Assembly: GCA_965287045.1 (NCBI GenBank)
Contig: OZ336888.1
Location: 26,722,001 to 26,786,000 of the forward strand
Direction: 5' to 3'
DNA: 64,000 nt
DNA from: Carcharhinus amblyrhynchos
Taxonomy: Eukaryota
The position numbers and the translations under genes are program-made. Shown in pieces: positions 49,581 to 62,970 of the stretch (positions are counted from its first letter, which is position 1; each line of letters begins with the position of its first letter). Under the pieces are notes generated by a model. The model was not told where the DNA came from, did not search any database, and worked only from the letters and a program-made list of their open reading frames with translations.

Positions 49581-50370
49581 TCTATCTCTAGAAAACTATC
49601 CCTATTCCTTTAGAGTGTAAAAAAAATCAATTGAAAACATTATTTGATTACAATTTTCAACATTGTGCATAAGAATTTAACTTTTAATTTTGCTGCACTG
49701 TCCAAAATGGTGATCATTTTTCTTGAAGTAACTGTGGAACACAAGGCTAGAGTTCCCTCTCCAGTTAGCATTCATTCATTGGAAGCATTGTCTATGCTCA
49801 AAATATAGTAAACATCACTGCAGGCAGAGCTGCTCATGTTTGCCTTGCAAATCTGTCTGGAGGATTCTTCTGACTGTCAGAGCTTCAATGGAAGACCAGC
49901 GTGGCTTCTGACGGTATCCATTGTTTGCACCAAAGCCACAGTGGCCAATTGAGGCCCTCCATGTTCCCCCACATTTCACCACATGAGTAGCTTTGGTTTA
50001 CTGGTGTCAACTTTTGCTCACCTTCACAACTGCCCTTTTTAGGTTGTTTTCTACTCCACCAGAAGAGTAATTTGCGTCTAGAGGCTGCTGTTGACAATCT
50101 TAGTGAATGGACACTTATAAATGTAATTTAAGTGACTTGTTTCGGAGGAAATAGCAGCCTTAGTATATATGAAAGAGAAACAAGCCATTCTGCCTTATGC
50201 CAGTATTTGTGCTTCACTCAAACTTCCTCCCGTCTTTCATATCTAGGTCTATCATAACCCTGTATTCCCCTCCTGCTTGAAAATAAGCTGGTTCACACCG
50301 GTGCATAATGTCACATGACAGCTAAAGTTGACAACCATCATCGGTAGGCCTTGATATCACAATGGAGTAT

Positions 50371-50825
50371 TTTGATTTGATTTATTATTGTTACATACAT
50401 TGGGATACAGTGAAAAGTATTGGTTCTTGTGCGCTATACAGATGATACATACTGTTCATAGAGTGCATGGGGAGAAGGAAAGGTGAGGGTGCAGAATATA
50501 GTGTTGCTGTTACAAGTAGGGTGTAGACAAAGATCAGTTTAATATAAGGTAAGTCCATTCAAAAGTCTGATGGCAACAGGCAGGAAGTTATTCTTGAGTT
50601 GATTGGTTCGCGTTCTCAGACTTTTGGATCTTTTTCCAACTGAAGAAGATGGAAGAGAGTACGGCTGGGCTGTGTGGGGTCCTTGATTATGATGGCTGCT
50701 TTCCCAAAGCAGCAGGAACTATAGACAGACAATGGATAGGGTGCTGATTTGCATGATGGACGGGGCTACATTCAAAACCCTTTATAGTTTCTTGCAGTCT
50801 TGGTCAGAACAGGAGCTGTACCAAG
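50371..50825 (-). mobile_element. Rex1/Babar-like LINE 3' end
   Basis: tttgatttgatttattattg tail; colinear with the 14085 and 22215 copies. Confidence 0.8.
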
Positions 50826-53074
50826 ATATAAGCACACGTAACTCGTGGATTGGTGATGCAAACTTCTAAACTAGCTTTCAATTCAAAAGCGCTGATGTTA
50901 TTTTCTGTTGCGTGCAAGACTTTAGCAGTAGTTTACATGCAAGATGTACATTTTAGTTTAGCGGGGTGAGGGTAATTGGCAGGGGTATGAGGCTAATTGG
51001 ATTGCATATTCAAAGATTGCAATGGGCCAAATGACCTCCTCTTTTGCTTGCGTCTTTCTATGGTATGAATAGAAATCAGTTGACCTGGCGTGACTTGTAA
51101 CTACTTTCCTCCCTGGGTGACAAGCTTGTCGCATAATTAAAAATTGAATTATTTATAAAGATCCATTAAAGTGGGTGACAGAAAGATTTGCCAAAGGCAG
51201 CTGTTGTGCAAGAATGGACTGAGTTATATTCTGTGTGACCAGGAATAATGTTCCAAATGATCAGCAGCAAAGGGATTAATTGAATTTGGGGAACATTTTG
51301 TACAGCAGACGTATGCAAATTTGACTTTTACTACTTCATGAGTTTTGTGTAAGCTGTCTTCAAGTATGAATGATAAATGAACAGTTAGACCAAGGCTCAT
51401 AAGTTTGCAACATGCTGTAGACAGTATTTAATAACTTGGGGTTTAGAAATACCATTACGGTGTAATGTACGAGTGCAATTGAATTTTGTGCTTTGCCCAA
51501 GAGGTAGATTTCAGAATAGTCCTGATAAACCCCTAATGCTCTCACTTTCAGTTTTATGGCAAAAAAATTTCAATATAACTCAAATGTAATTCTTCAAGCT
51601 AATTTTGCGGTATGGCATTGTCTGCTAGCGCTAATGACCTCGGATTTGCAAGCAATTTAGACACAGGAGATGGTGCGTGATAGAAGTCTCTATTAGGCCT
51701 TTAAGGCAAGGGACTGATGCTTTTGAATTTGCTCTTTTCTGCTTTATTTTCCCTGAGCCCTGAATTTTATATCATCAGTGGCTTATGAAGCCATTTACAT
51801 AAGATGTGCAATTTCATTATGAAAAGTTACAGCAAACTTTAGAAGCAGCAATATCTTTACAGAACTGTGTGCTCATGAGGTGCCACGAATACAGTGGCCA
51901 ATTAAAGTCATATAGTTGATGTGGTGGATTTTCAGAGGATTTTTTTACTGTTGAGATTCATACAAGTATGATATTTTGGGACTGTATCTTTAAGTTTTTT
52001 GGTAAGTAAAGGAAGTCACCTGACCTGTTTTGCGGTCCGTATGATAGTAAGCCTGGTTTGAGAGATTGTTAGAGGTCGAAGGAAGGCTCATTGTTTAAGG
52101 ACGTACACAATGAGGATAATGGCAATGGACTTGACAATGAGTAGTCTCTGAATCTCTCAAAGTCCTAGAAAGATGAGGTTGGTATCAGTTGTGCTGAAAA
52201 CTGCCCATTTACTTGAAGGTGGAATGGAGTTGGGATCAAGAATAGATTGGCATTTCTATCTGGATGCAAGATTAATATGCTTCATTTTGCATGGGGGATA
52301 GGGCAGAGGAAACCATCTTTTAGATCAGGTTATAGATGTCCATACAAATCTTAATATTGCAGACAGGCAACAGAGGTTGATAGTCAGCAGATAACACAAA
52401 GACAAGCAGCCTTTTTTATCATAAGTGGATTCTGGAGAGAGGTGGTCTTGAGACTGAGATGTATCTTACAGCCACATGAGGATTCTAAGGGGGAAGAAGA
52501 ATCATGGAAACAGAATTCGCTGTTGGTGGTGGATATAAGAAATCTGAGGAACGCACCAGGAGAAAGTCACACACAGTTGCTACTTGGCAAAATGGGAATA
52601 TGAGAGCTCACCGGAAGCTGGGAGCAACTGTTTGCTTTAAGGTCTGTGATTGCACGGAGAGCGTAACGTTATAAAAAGGGAAATGCCACTTTCCGTAGTT
52701 CAAAGTTTAAATTGTTGCAAAAAAGAAAATAGTGTTTAGTTAATAGTGTTGTTTCAGTCATTTGTTACAGTAAAAGATTTGAAGCATACAATCTTGACTT
52801 GTCACACTTTCATTTATTAAATGAAAGTTTGAGTTATTTTTAAAGTTATTGTTCAAAGTTATTTTCAAATTTGCCATCTCTTCCTTTAACCTATATTCTG
52901 CTGAGGGCTTTTTCAGATCTCCCCAGCTTGCAACCCTTGTGCTGTTTTGCAATTAGCATATCACTTTTGATGCCAAAGTCCAAATGATCAGTTTAACAAT
53001 TTAATTACATGTCTGACTGAAGCTTTATTATTAAATCTTTAGACTTGCATTTAATAAAAGGAAACATGGGTAGA

Positions 53075-53530
53075 AAATTGGTTCATGGCAAGAAATGAAG
53101 TGTTTGTGTTAATGGTGTGTTCAGATAAGAGTTGGGATTGGTGAACCTAAAAGACTTATGCTCAGGTTCGCAGATAATTTGTACTTTGGCGCAGGAAGTG
53201 ATATGCTGATGGCACAAAATGGAAGGTTTTTCAGGCTAGAGAGGCCTAAAAAAAAACGTCAGAAGAATATAGGTTAATAGGAAAGACAGATGGAAAATGC
53301 AGTTTAATGTGGAGAAATACGAAGCGGTATATTTTAGAAAGCAAAACGAGGAATGAGGATATGTACTTAATAGAAAGTTACTAAAGCAGGTTCAAATACA
53401 TAATTCACGCAAAACCTGAATATGGATGGGTAAAAATCAATTGGGTTTCATAAATGGGCTTAAAGCTTATGCAAGTAAAAGAGTACAAAACATTGGTTTG
53501 GCTGCATTGTACTGTGTGCAGTATTAGGTC
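53075..53530 (+). mobile_element. Ancient CR1 RT fragment
   Basis: WKMQFNVEKYEAVYF and YKTLV...YCVQY-like motifs. Confidence 0.55.
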
Positions 53531-53896
53531 CTTCAAAGAATTAAAGCTTTTGGTTTCTTTTTACTTTTAGATAGCTTGTGGATTTTTTTTTACTGTTGGA
53601 AATATGAAATGGCTAAAAGTTGTTTATTCCTAGGGTTGGAAGTGTCAAGGTATATTTTAGCTGGCCATGCTTTCACTCTTTGCCAAATGTGTGATTAATG
53701 CCTGTTGATTTATTTTTGTTTCACACTGAAACAAGATAGCCAAGCTAGTCTCAACGTAAAATGCAAGGCTGTGGAACTGAGTAATCTTTCCTTAACAAGT
53801 AAGAGAATCAGGATTGAGAAAGTTTACCTCTCTACCTAGGGGAACATTGGGTAGTATTGTTATTTCTCTGCATGTCTACTGTTCAAAGACAATTTT

Positions 53897-54052
53897 GTGT
53901 GGGTTAGGTTGATTGGCTATGCTAAATTGCCCCTTAGTGTCAGGAGGATTAACAAGGTAAATACATGGGGATAGGACCTGGGTGGGATTGTTGTCAGTGT
54001 CAGCGTGATGGGCCAAATGGCTGCGTCTTGCACTGTAGGGATTCCATGATTC
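53897..54052 (+). mobile_element. HE1-type SINE 3' half
   Basis: gggttaggttgattggctatgctaaattgcccc...gcactgtagggattccatgatt. Confidence 0.85.
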
Positions 54053-54057
54053 GATGA

Positions 54058-54272
54058 CTGATTTCCTTCCCTAAAGGAAATTAGTGAACTAGAATAGTTT
54101 TTTTGACAATTGACAATCATTTCATGGTCATCATTAGGTTTTTAATTCCAGATTTTTATTGAATTCAAATTTCATCATCTGCAATGTTAGGATTTGAACC
54201 CGGGTCCTCAGATATTATCCTGAATCTCGAGATTACTAGTCAGGTGACAATACCACTACACCACTGCTTCCC
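54058..54272 (-). mobile_element. tRNA-headed SINE family B, 5' two-thirds
   Basis: atttccttccctaaagg.aattagtgaac...ttgaattcaaatttc...ggatttgaacccgggtcc...ccactacaccactgcttccc. Confidence 0.8.
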
Positions 54273-55766
54273 CAGTTGGTTAAGAAGGTATGTAGTTACT
54301 GGCCCATTTACATAGATGTCCAACAGAAGATGTCAGTCTGTTTCCATCGCCCACTATAGCAACTTAGTGCAAAATATCAGAGAAATTAAATGGGAAAGGC
54401 ACATTTATCCCACGGGCAGGTGATATTCGCTCATCAGTTATAATCAATTTTGGATGGTCTTTTTACAGGGGATGTATGATGATGTCATTCATAACTCAGA
54501 AATCTCCAGTAATTTGGAGCAAGTCAGCCTTGTCTGCTAGTACTGAAAGTTCACTGCACTTGCAAGTTTCTGCCATCTCCCCCCACTGTAGTCAGACCAT
54601 TGCATCCCAGTAGAAGAATAAATCTTCCTGATTCTGTTACTGAAACTGATGTGGAAAAATAGAACAACCGGGAGGCACAGAAAAGCTCCTCAACAACCTT
54701 AAATATAAAATTGCATTTGTTGAATGATGTTTGCAAACTTGTCTGTCAGTTCCTCTCCATCCAAAAAGCTTCAGAGATCATTGTGACCAACTTTCTTTTG
54801 GGTAAATCAATTGAGCTAAATGAAAACAAACAAAGGACAAAACAAGAAGAGAACCGCCCGAAAGAAAAACAAAGCAGAAAGGAACCTTAAAACATGAAAT
54901 CAAAATGTGATCGAAGAGGTCGTGATACACACTTAATTGCTGCGGTGCCCAAAGGGCACGGAAAACCTTGATGGTGCCCTTGGGAATCGCATGCCCTCGC
55001 TCCAGGGATACCGGCTGGGAATATAACCATAGTAGAGGGGCAGACAGTTGGGCTGACGACGCTTGCTTCCTGGACTTTTCTGATTATGATTCTAGATGCT
55101 TGTAATTGACTAATTAGAAGTGAATGTCTTAAACATCATTGTAATTGACATGTAATGGGTCAGCCGTCGAATTGGTTATCATTTGTGAAGGAAGTTCAAT
55201 AAAACGGTCACCTCCACCCCGCAATGTATGATGTGCAACTAATTTGATACACTGTGCATTTTAATTTCTTCACAAATGGAGAACTTTAATAAGCGCATTC
55301 TTTGCTAAGGCACGTTCTGTATGCCTCCTTAGAACCTGTGATAAATGGGTTCATGATTGTTCCACTGTTTCAGTCATATGCACCATCTTCAATCTTACTA
55401 ATGAATTATATCTTGTAAATTCCAATGCAGTGAATGCTTTCTGAATAAGTTATACCTTGTTCTCAGCCCTGTTTACACGGCCACTGTCTGCTATTGTGAT
55501 TAGCACAATGAGGATTGATTGTACTTTTCACTGCATTCCAGGATTTTAAGCATGAGAGAACTCTTTGCAAGCCGAGGTAGTGCTGCTGAAGAGCTTTTCT
55601 CTTGCATGCTTGTTAGACATAAGTGGAGCTGTAGCATCACTGAAGTACTTGTTGGGTTGTTTGGGTGTCAGGAAGCCGAAACAGCTCTATCTTTACCTAG
55701 CAGCTGTTGGGAAGGGAGGGGAGGCCGGAAACTCATCACTGTCTCACAAATCCTGCACGCTGTGGC

Positions 55767-56068
55767 AGGTTGGCACAGTGGTTAGTACTGCTGCCTCAGT
55801 GCCAGGGATCCAGGTTCGATTCAAGGCATGGGTCACTGCCTGTGTGGTGTCTGCATGTTCTCCCTGTGTCTGCGTGAGTTTCTTCTGGGTGCTCTGGTTT
55901 TTCCCCCCTCAGTCCGTAAGACATGCTGGTTAGGTGCATTGGCCATGCTAAATTCTCTTAGTGTACCCGAACAGGTGCTGGAATGTGGTGACTGGGAGAT
56001 TTTCATAGTAATTGCAGTATTAATGTAAGCCTACTTGTGAAACTAATAATTAAACTTAAACACTAAAA
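55767..56068 (+). mobile_element. V-SINE with an HE1-like head and core and an alternative 3' tail
   Basis: Head and V-core run to ggccatgctaaatt, then gtgtacccgaacaggtgctggaatgtggtgact...gtaagcctacttgtgaaactaataattaaactt. Confidence 0.85.
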
Positions 56069-57029
56069 TTATTGTGGAATCAGGAATGTATAACAGTTTA
56101 GGTGCTGTGTGCTATTGCAATTAATGGGATATTTTCCTAAACTAACAGCCATCACACCCCAAAAAACACTGTATACATCATTCATTACAAAACCCTTCTG
56201 ATGAGTAAATACGATTGCTGTGTTATTAATGTTATTGATGTGTAAGGGGCTTATTAACTGCACAATCAACAATAGATGCTTTGCACATAAATTAGGATTT
56301 TTTTAGGATGGTCGGGGAACATGATCTGCAGCGACCCCAACATGACTCTGCAAATGAATACAAGAGTTCTTAATTTGAGTGTTGAACATTCACACTCCAA
56401 TGGAATAGGTCTTTTCAAAGGAAAGCTTTCTCTCTGGTGCAGCATAACAACTAATTTACATTTATTGCAGCTGTTCCTTACTGCTTCCAAGTTATTTCAC
56501 CCAGTCACTTCACTCACATGAAGTGTTAATTAAGTAATTTATACCTTTTTATAGCCAGCCATTGGATCAGTTTTGCTGGTTGTTTAATTAGAAGCTTCAA
56601 GACATGGAACAATGGATCCTCAGAGTGACTATCAGGACACGATCTGATTGGGGTTTTGGATGATTTCATGGACTCTGAGATTGAAATCACAAAATGAGAG
56701 CAGTGAGTTGTCACATTTGGGTTATATTTCACATTTAGAATTGTAATGGGGTTGTTTTATTCACTTTTATTTCCTTTGAATTGATGATTTTTACGATTAG
56801 GGTATCCCATTATCATTGGAGTGGAAGGTAATATAAAAGCTGTCACTCAGGGATTAATTATTTTGATATCATAAGTTTCTTTCGAAATTATTAGCAATTG
56901 GCTTCAACGTAAACTCCTTTTTGAATTCACGATTTAGATTCGAGATGCCACCAGAGAGTGGCGACTTCCTGTGAGCTGTACCAGTATACCCTCAATTCTA
57001 TCTTTTACACTCGTTCTATGCCACTAAAA

Positions 57030-57175
57030 CTCTCTCTACGCCCTAGCTATGATTGTAACATAGCATTCTGCACCTTCTTTCCTTCTCTGTATGATGTGCT
57101 TTGTCCGTATGGCGTGCAAGAAACATACTTTTCACTGCATAATAATCCATGTGACAATAGTAAATCAAATCAAAT
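57030..57175 (+). mobile_element. Rex1/Babar-like 3' UTR
   Basis: ccctagctatgattgtaaca...caagaaacatacttttcactg...aaatcaaatcaaat. Confidence 0.75.
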
Positions 57176-57389
57176 GAAAGATGAATCAGGCTCTTATGAT
57201 GCAGATCTTGTCAGTGAAACCCAACAATCTCTCTCTCCACCTATTAAAGAATATACATTTATGTAGTCCTTTAACAACCTCACAATGGGTTCCAGAGCTA
57301 ATGGAGCATTTTGAAGTATCGTCAGTGTTGAGATCCAGAAAACAGCTGCTTTGCATTGAAGCAATCCAATAAACAACAATGAGATTATC

Positions 57390-57625
57390 GATTTTAATGA
57401 TGTTGGATAAGTATTAGTCAGGTTGTTGGGGAGCCCTGCTCATGCTCCGCTTTCTTTCACATCCGCCCTAGGCCATTGGACTTCAATTTATTGTACTCTG
57501 GTGGCAGTGCAGCACTCCTTCAGTATTCCACTGAAATGGCAACTTCTGTACTCAAGTCTCTGAAATTGGAATTGAACCAATAAAATTTTGATTGAGGGGT
57601 GTGCTACCACTGAGCCAAGGCTAAT
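57390..57625 (-). mobile_element. Deu-domain tRNA SINE (SacSINE1-like), 5' part
   Basis: Reverse strand reads ccttggctcagtggtagcac...ggttcaattcc...gagacttgag...tactgaaggagtgctgcactg. Confidence 0.7.
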
Positions 57626-57689
57626 ACAAATCAAATTGCCACTAAACTCTTGGCTACCTGATGTTTGCCACTCCCTCCCCAACCCCAGT

Positions 57690-57835
57690 TCACAGGTATT
57701 CCAAATGGTTCCTTTCCCTTGAGTACTGTTCCTCCTCCTTTCAAGTCTGGAATCATCAACCCCTCCTCAAAAACTCTGCACGGGACTCCTATCATTACAA
57801 ACCACTGCTTTGTCTCCAACCTCCCTTTTTATGTG
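57690..57835 (+). mobile_element. Ancient L2 RT fragment
   Basis: TVPPPFKSGIINP...NHCFVSNLPF resembles the L2 motif VP..FK.A.ITP...NYRPISNLPF. Confidence 0.55.
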
Positions 57836-58373
57836 AACTGCAAACACTTGCCCATCTTTCCAACAACTCCATTCCTGAACCATCCCAGTGAGGCTTGCCG
57901 TCTTTCCAAATAATAAATGTTGACTGGGAGTCCTCCCCTGCTTGGATAATGCTGCCGGATTGTTAGTTCCACCAGAACCATCGGATAAGGAAGAAATTTC
58001 TGTCTGAAGAATGGACTGCCTGACATTGTAGCATTCTTCAAGAGTATCACTGCAGTGCCCTCAGAGATTACATACAATAATTATAAATGTGAAATTTTTT
58101 ATAAGATTGTTTTAAATCGTCTCTTTAAGGAATGATTAAGGAATTAAGAGAGTCATGTAAGGCAAAACACGTCACAACAAGTTGGTGGTTACCATGGGGA
58201 GGGGATGGGAGGGTGGCAGGGTTGCTGCTCAGGTTGAGATTTATTAGGAGCAAGGTGCAAAATGTTCACATCTGAAAATGAAGGCAAACACAGCTGGTTT
58301 GGTTATATGCAGACTTTCTATATTGGAAGGGAGGAGAGAGAGGTCTAACAGACAGACGGATGAGGCTGATTTA

Positions 58374-58388
58374 GCCAGCAGGTGGCCG
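58374..58388 (+). promoter_or_regulatory. Candidate CTCF motif
   Basis: GCCAGCAGGTGGCCG closely matches CCASYAGRKGGCRS. Confidence 0.35.
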
Positions 58389-58768
58389 TGAATCCTTGAG
58401 CTGTTAGGTAGAATGCAGGAGGGAGAAAGGTCTCTGGTCAGGGAGGGTGCATTCCCTCTAAAGACTCTGGAAGATTTGCCCCAGCAAAGTCAGGAGGAGG
58501 AATCACTGGAGTGGCCTGACTTCTGGCGGTCGGTTTGGAAATTCATTGATAAATGAAGGGAGGGATTTTCAGTGGTCACTTGACGCTACAACTTGGCGAA
58601 ACCCATTGAAAACTGGGAGTAGTTGTGGGTTATTTTCTATAAAGGCCATAATCCTGTGGAGATTGTGCTGTAATTTACACATTGTGGTGTGGGGTTAGTA
58701 GTTGTATTAGAACATGATTAAGGGTTACCTTGTATGTATTTCAGAGTATTTGTTGCCTACTAAGTAAT

Positions 58769-59049
58769 AATCATAGAATCCCTACAATGCAGAAAGAGGC
58801 CACTCGGCCCATCGAGGCCCTGTCCCCGTAACACCACATATTTACCCTGCAAAGGACAATTTACTATGGCCAATCCACCTAACCTGCACGCCTTTGCACT
58901 GGGGAAGGAATCCAAAGCACCTGGAGGAAACCCATGCAGACGTGGGGTAAACTTGCAAATTCCATGCAGATGGTGACCCGGGGCTGGAATTGAACCTGGG
59001 TCCCTGGTTCTGAGAGGCAGCAGTGCTAACCACTGTGCCACTATGCCAC
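58769..59049 (-). mobile_element. HE1-type V-SINE
   Basis: atcatagaatccctacaatgcag tail through gcagcagtgctaaccactgtgcca head. Confidence 0.9.
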
Positions 59050-60054
59050 ACTGTGACCAGCTGAGTTAATCCAGAATTTCCTGTTTTATTTTCAGATTCC
59101 TAGCATCCAGTATTTGGCTTTTATTTGAACGTCAAATCAATCTTGCGTTTAGTTCGTTTGTTACATTATAAGTCTTGAAATCTTATTGCGTGATTCCTTT
59201 GTCGGTTACTGAGTATTTAAATATCTTGTTAAAAGATACCGGTGTCTCAGGGGATTGTAACATAAACCTCGAGTGAGTTGTGCTGCTACCACTAAGGGGC
59301 TGTATCTGACAGTAGGAGATGTCTGTCTGCACATATAGGAGAGTGTAGCGACACCAACACCATCAGGTAATTGAATTCCCAAATGTATCTGTTAGCGCAG
59401 ATATTTTTCCATTTTACTTTTAAATTAAAACATAAGGAGTGCGGTGGAAAGGCTTACATGGCCATAACTCCAACTGAGCTGGAAAATGTGCCACAGCATT
59501 TAACAGCCCAGCTGCAAAGGCAGAGTTTTCATAGCAGCTTCTTGCATTCAGACTCCTGAAAACCAGCCATGGAGTTTGCCTAATTCAGCCAATACACCTT
59601 TCTTCATAAGCAACAAGGGCAACAGCTTCACAAGCTGGTCGCATTAATTTAAACTTGCATCCAGTGACTTTCTAACTTGATGTCCCAGGCTTCTGGTTTG
59701 TACAGTAAACAGATGGCAGACATTCTGAGACTGCCTAATTTTAGAAGCAAATAGCACAACCATATTTTACCGTGATATGTAATGTCAGCATTTATCTTGC
59801 ACCTGCTTTCCAGTGCTGTATCAGGGTTTCATCTCCCTTACACTCACAGCTATAACCTCTTGGAAAATGTCTTTCAAGTCAGTGGCGTGCTGTATCAGTA
59901 ATAGCTGCCAGTCAGTGGGACGTGTGCGAATGAAATGTTACCACAGTTGGCAAATTAAAGGAAATTAATCCATTCTATCAGCAAATCGCCAGTGTGGCAT
60001 ATGCCGTTCGTTGGATGTGTTCTTGCCTGTGTAGTTTCTCAATTTGTTTAAGAG

Positions 60055-60996
60055 CAAAGTAGTACAGCACAGGAATGGGCCCTTTGGCCTTCCAAGCCTT
60101 AACTAAATTTTAAAAAACCTGCTCTTACTTGGTCAGTATCTCTCCATTCCCTCCCTATTCGTCTGCCCATCCAGATGCCTCTTAACTGTTGCTAATATGC
60201 CTGCTTCCACCTCCTCCTCTGGCAATGCATTCCAAGCACCCATCACATCTCCCTTAAACTTCCCCCTCTCACCTTGAACCTGTGCCCCCTTGCAATTGAT
60301 ACTTGCATCCTGGGAAGAGCCTCTAACTATCCGACCTGCCTATGCCTCTCATAGTTTTGTAGACATCCTAACAGGCCCCCCTTTAGCCTCTGCCTTTCCA
60401 GTGAAAACAATTCTCCTTTATTCAGCCGCTCCTCATAGCTAATACCCTCGAGACCAGGCAACATCCTGGTGAACCACCTTTGCACTCTCTCCAAAGCTTC
60501 CACATCCTTCTGGTAGTAGGGTGACCAGAACTGCACGCAATACTCCAAATGTAGCCGAACCACAATTTTACATAGCTGCATCATGGTCTCCCAATTCCTG
60601 TACTCAGTGCCCTGATTGATGAAGTCAAGCATGTCATATGCCTTCTTAATCACCTCAGCTACCACTTTTGGGGACCTGTGGACCTGCACATCCAGATCCC
60701 CTCAGTATGTTAATGTTCCTAAGGGTTCTGCCATTTACACTATAATTCACATCTAAATTTGATCCTCCAAAATGTATCACCTTGCATTTGTTCGGATTAA
60801 ACTCCATCTGCCATTTCAGTGCCCAAGCCTCCAATCTATCCATATCCTGTTGTATCCTCTGACAATCTTTGGCACTATCAGTGACTCTACCAATTCTCAT
60901 GTCATCCACAAACTTATTAATCAGACCACCCACATTTCCTTCCCGATCATTTATGTGAATCACGAAGAACAGAAATCCCGGCACTGATCCCTGCGG
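60055..60996 (-). mobile_element. CR1 LINE, 5'-truncated
   Basis: PQGSV, INKFVDD, WQMEFNPNKCKVIHFG, LHLEYCVQFWSPYYQKDVEALERVQR. Confidence 0.92.
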
Positions 60997-62182
60997 ATTG
61001 ACAAATGTAAGTAGTGAGAAAAAATGCTAAAACCAAAAGAAGAAATCATACAGCACTGTCTGTTTAAAAAAGCAGATCTCTTTATGCGTGGGTTTTAAAT
61101 TGCCGAGTGCAGGCTGCAGAAGCAGGCTTTGGCCGAGTAGTCGGTGTTCCAACCTAACCAAAACAGGCTTTTGAATTGGACCAATGAGTTTAAAGCAAGC
61201 AGGCTTCTTGTGTTAAAGTGAGCATGCAGAGACACAATCAATGGAATTCAAATGTGAGGATTGTTGACAGCCTCAAGCCACTCAGATTGCAGGAATACTG
61301 AGGCAATTCCAGGTATATAAACCCAGATAAGGGGGGGGGAGGGTAACTGCCAGAGTATGCTTGCCACATCTTGAGTTGCAATGAAGGATAGCGAGGCTCA
61401 CTTGTAAATCCTGCAGTTTCATGTATATCTTCATAAAACCACTATCTAAATAGAGAGCAATATCAACTCAGTGTTTCAGATGACAGCATCACCAGAGAAA
61501 GTTCATATTTCCAAGAGACGCCTGTTTGTATATTAGTTGAGAGTGACTGAATTCTGTAATGATTTATTTTATTATTCCTGAAGGTGCCTTGTAATATTTG
61601 AATGGCATTCTGTTGCGATTTTATTCAGTTTGCTAATTGTTTAAATAAGGTTGTCACCAGCTTACAAAATAAATACCTGTTAATTGTTCATGATGAAGAG
61701 TGTAAGATCCTGCTTTTATTTACCAAAGCCAATAACTTCCTACCACTCCCCTCTCTTGTACAAGATTGGGGTATATCCCTTTGGTTGGTTCCAAAATCGA
61801 GCGGAGGGAAAAGTCACCACTGTGTCATTACAAGTATTAAATAGTGGCTAGATGGAAAACTCTTTAACCTCAGTTATCTCTGTGCCAGAATTAGGCAGAC
61901 CACCATTGATATACATGATCCACAGCTTGCCAATGACTACAGTGTTGTTTCCCACTCTACACCAGGCTATCAAGCCATTCTAATCTCTTCAAATTTGTAT
62001 ATTAGATATTTGGCCCAAGCTCTAATGTTGCCAGAGCCAAATGAGTTCCACTTCCTATTCATGTTGGAGAGACTTTGAAATATGTTAGGAACTACTCCAT
62101 ACCTTGACAGACACTTCTCTTAAAAGGCCACCATTGATGAGGGAATCCAGTACCAGATCAGCTACACCAGCTGAGCTTTACA

Positions 62183-62660
62183 CATAGAAACATAGAAGAT
62201 AGGGGCAGGACCAAGCCATTTGGCCCATCGAGTCTGCTCCGTCATTCTTCATGATCATGGCTGACTGTCCAACTCAATAGCCTAATCCTGCTTTCTGCCT
62301 ATAACTTTTGATCCTATTTGCCCCAAGTGCTATATCTGGCCTACTCTTGAAAACATTCAATGTTTTGGCATCATCTACTTCCTATGGTAATGAATTCCAC
62401 AGGCTCACCACTCTTTGGGTGAAGAAATGGCTCCTCACCTCCGTCCTAAATGTCCTACCCTGAATCCTCAAACTGTGACCCCTAGTTCTGGATTCCCCCA
62501 CCATTGGGAACATCCTCCCTGCGTCTACCCTGTCTAGTCCTGTTAGAATTTTATAGATCTGTGATGCCCCCTCATTTGTCTGAACTCCAGCGAAAACAAG
62601 TCTGACCTAGTCAATTTCTCCTCAGATATCAGTCCCGCTACCCCCGGAATCAGCCTTCTA
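62183..62660 (-). mobile_element. CR1 LINE 3' end
   Basis: (catagaaa) tail, gatcatggctga, gaattccacaggctcaccactctttgggtgaagaaa. Confidence 0.85.
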
Positions 62661-62664
62661 CAAA

Positions 62665-62970
62665 CTACATCAGTGAGTGGACAACAACAACAACCTCTGA
62701 GTCAACAAGCTTCCTGGCGTACAGAGTAGTTGTCCCCACGCTCTTGTACCACAGTGAGACCCGGAGTGTGTATCAGCGGCACATAAAGACACTAGTGAAA
62801 TTCCATCAGCAATGCATCTGCTTCCTGCCAATTCAATGGGAGGATCAACAAACAAGCATCAGTATCTATCTTGAAGCCAGCTCCAGAAGCATTCAGTTAA
62901 AAACCTTTGTAAAATTAACTTTAGGCAGGACACGATGTTGGATGGCTGAAAAACATCTTCCCACCAGCTT
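62665..62970 (+). mobile_element. RTE-clade LINE fragment
   Basis: KLPGVQ/VVVPTLLYHSETRSVYQRHIKTLVKFHQQC...IQWED...SI...MAEKHLP matches the RTE motif LLYGSETWT.Y.RH...LE.FHQRCLR.IL.I.W.D. Confidence 0.7.
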
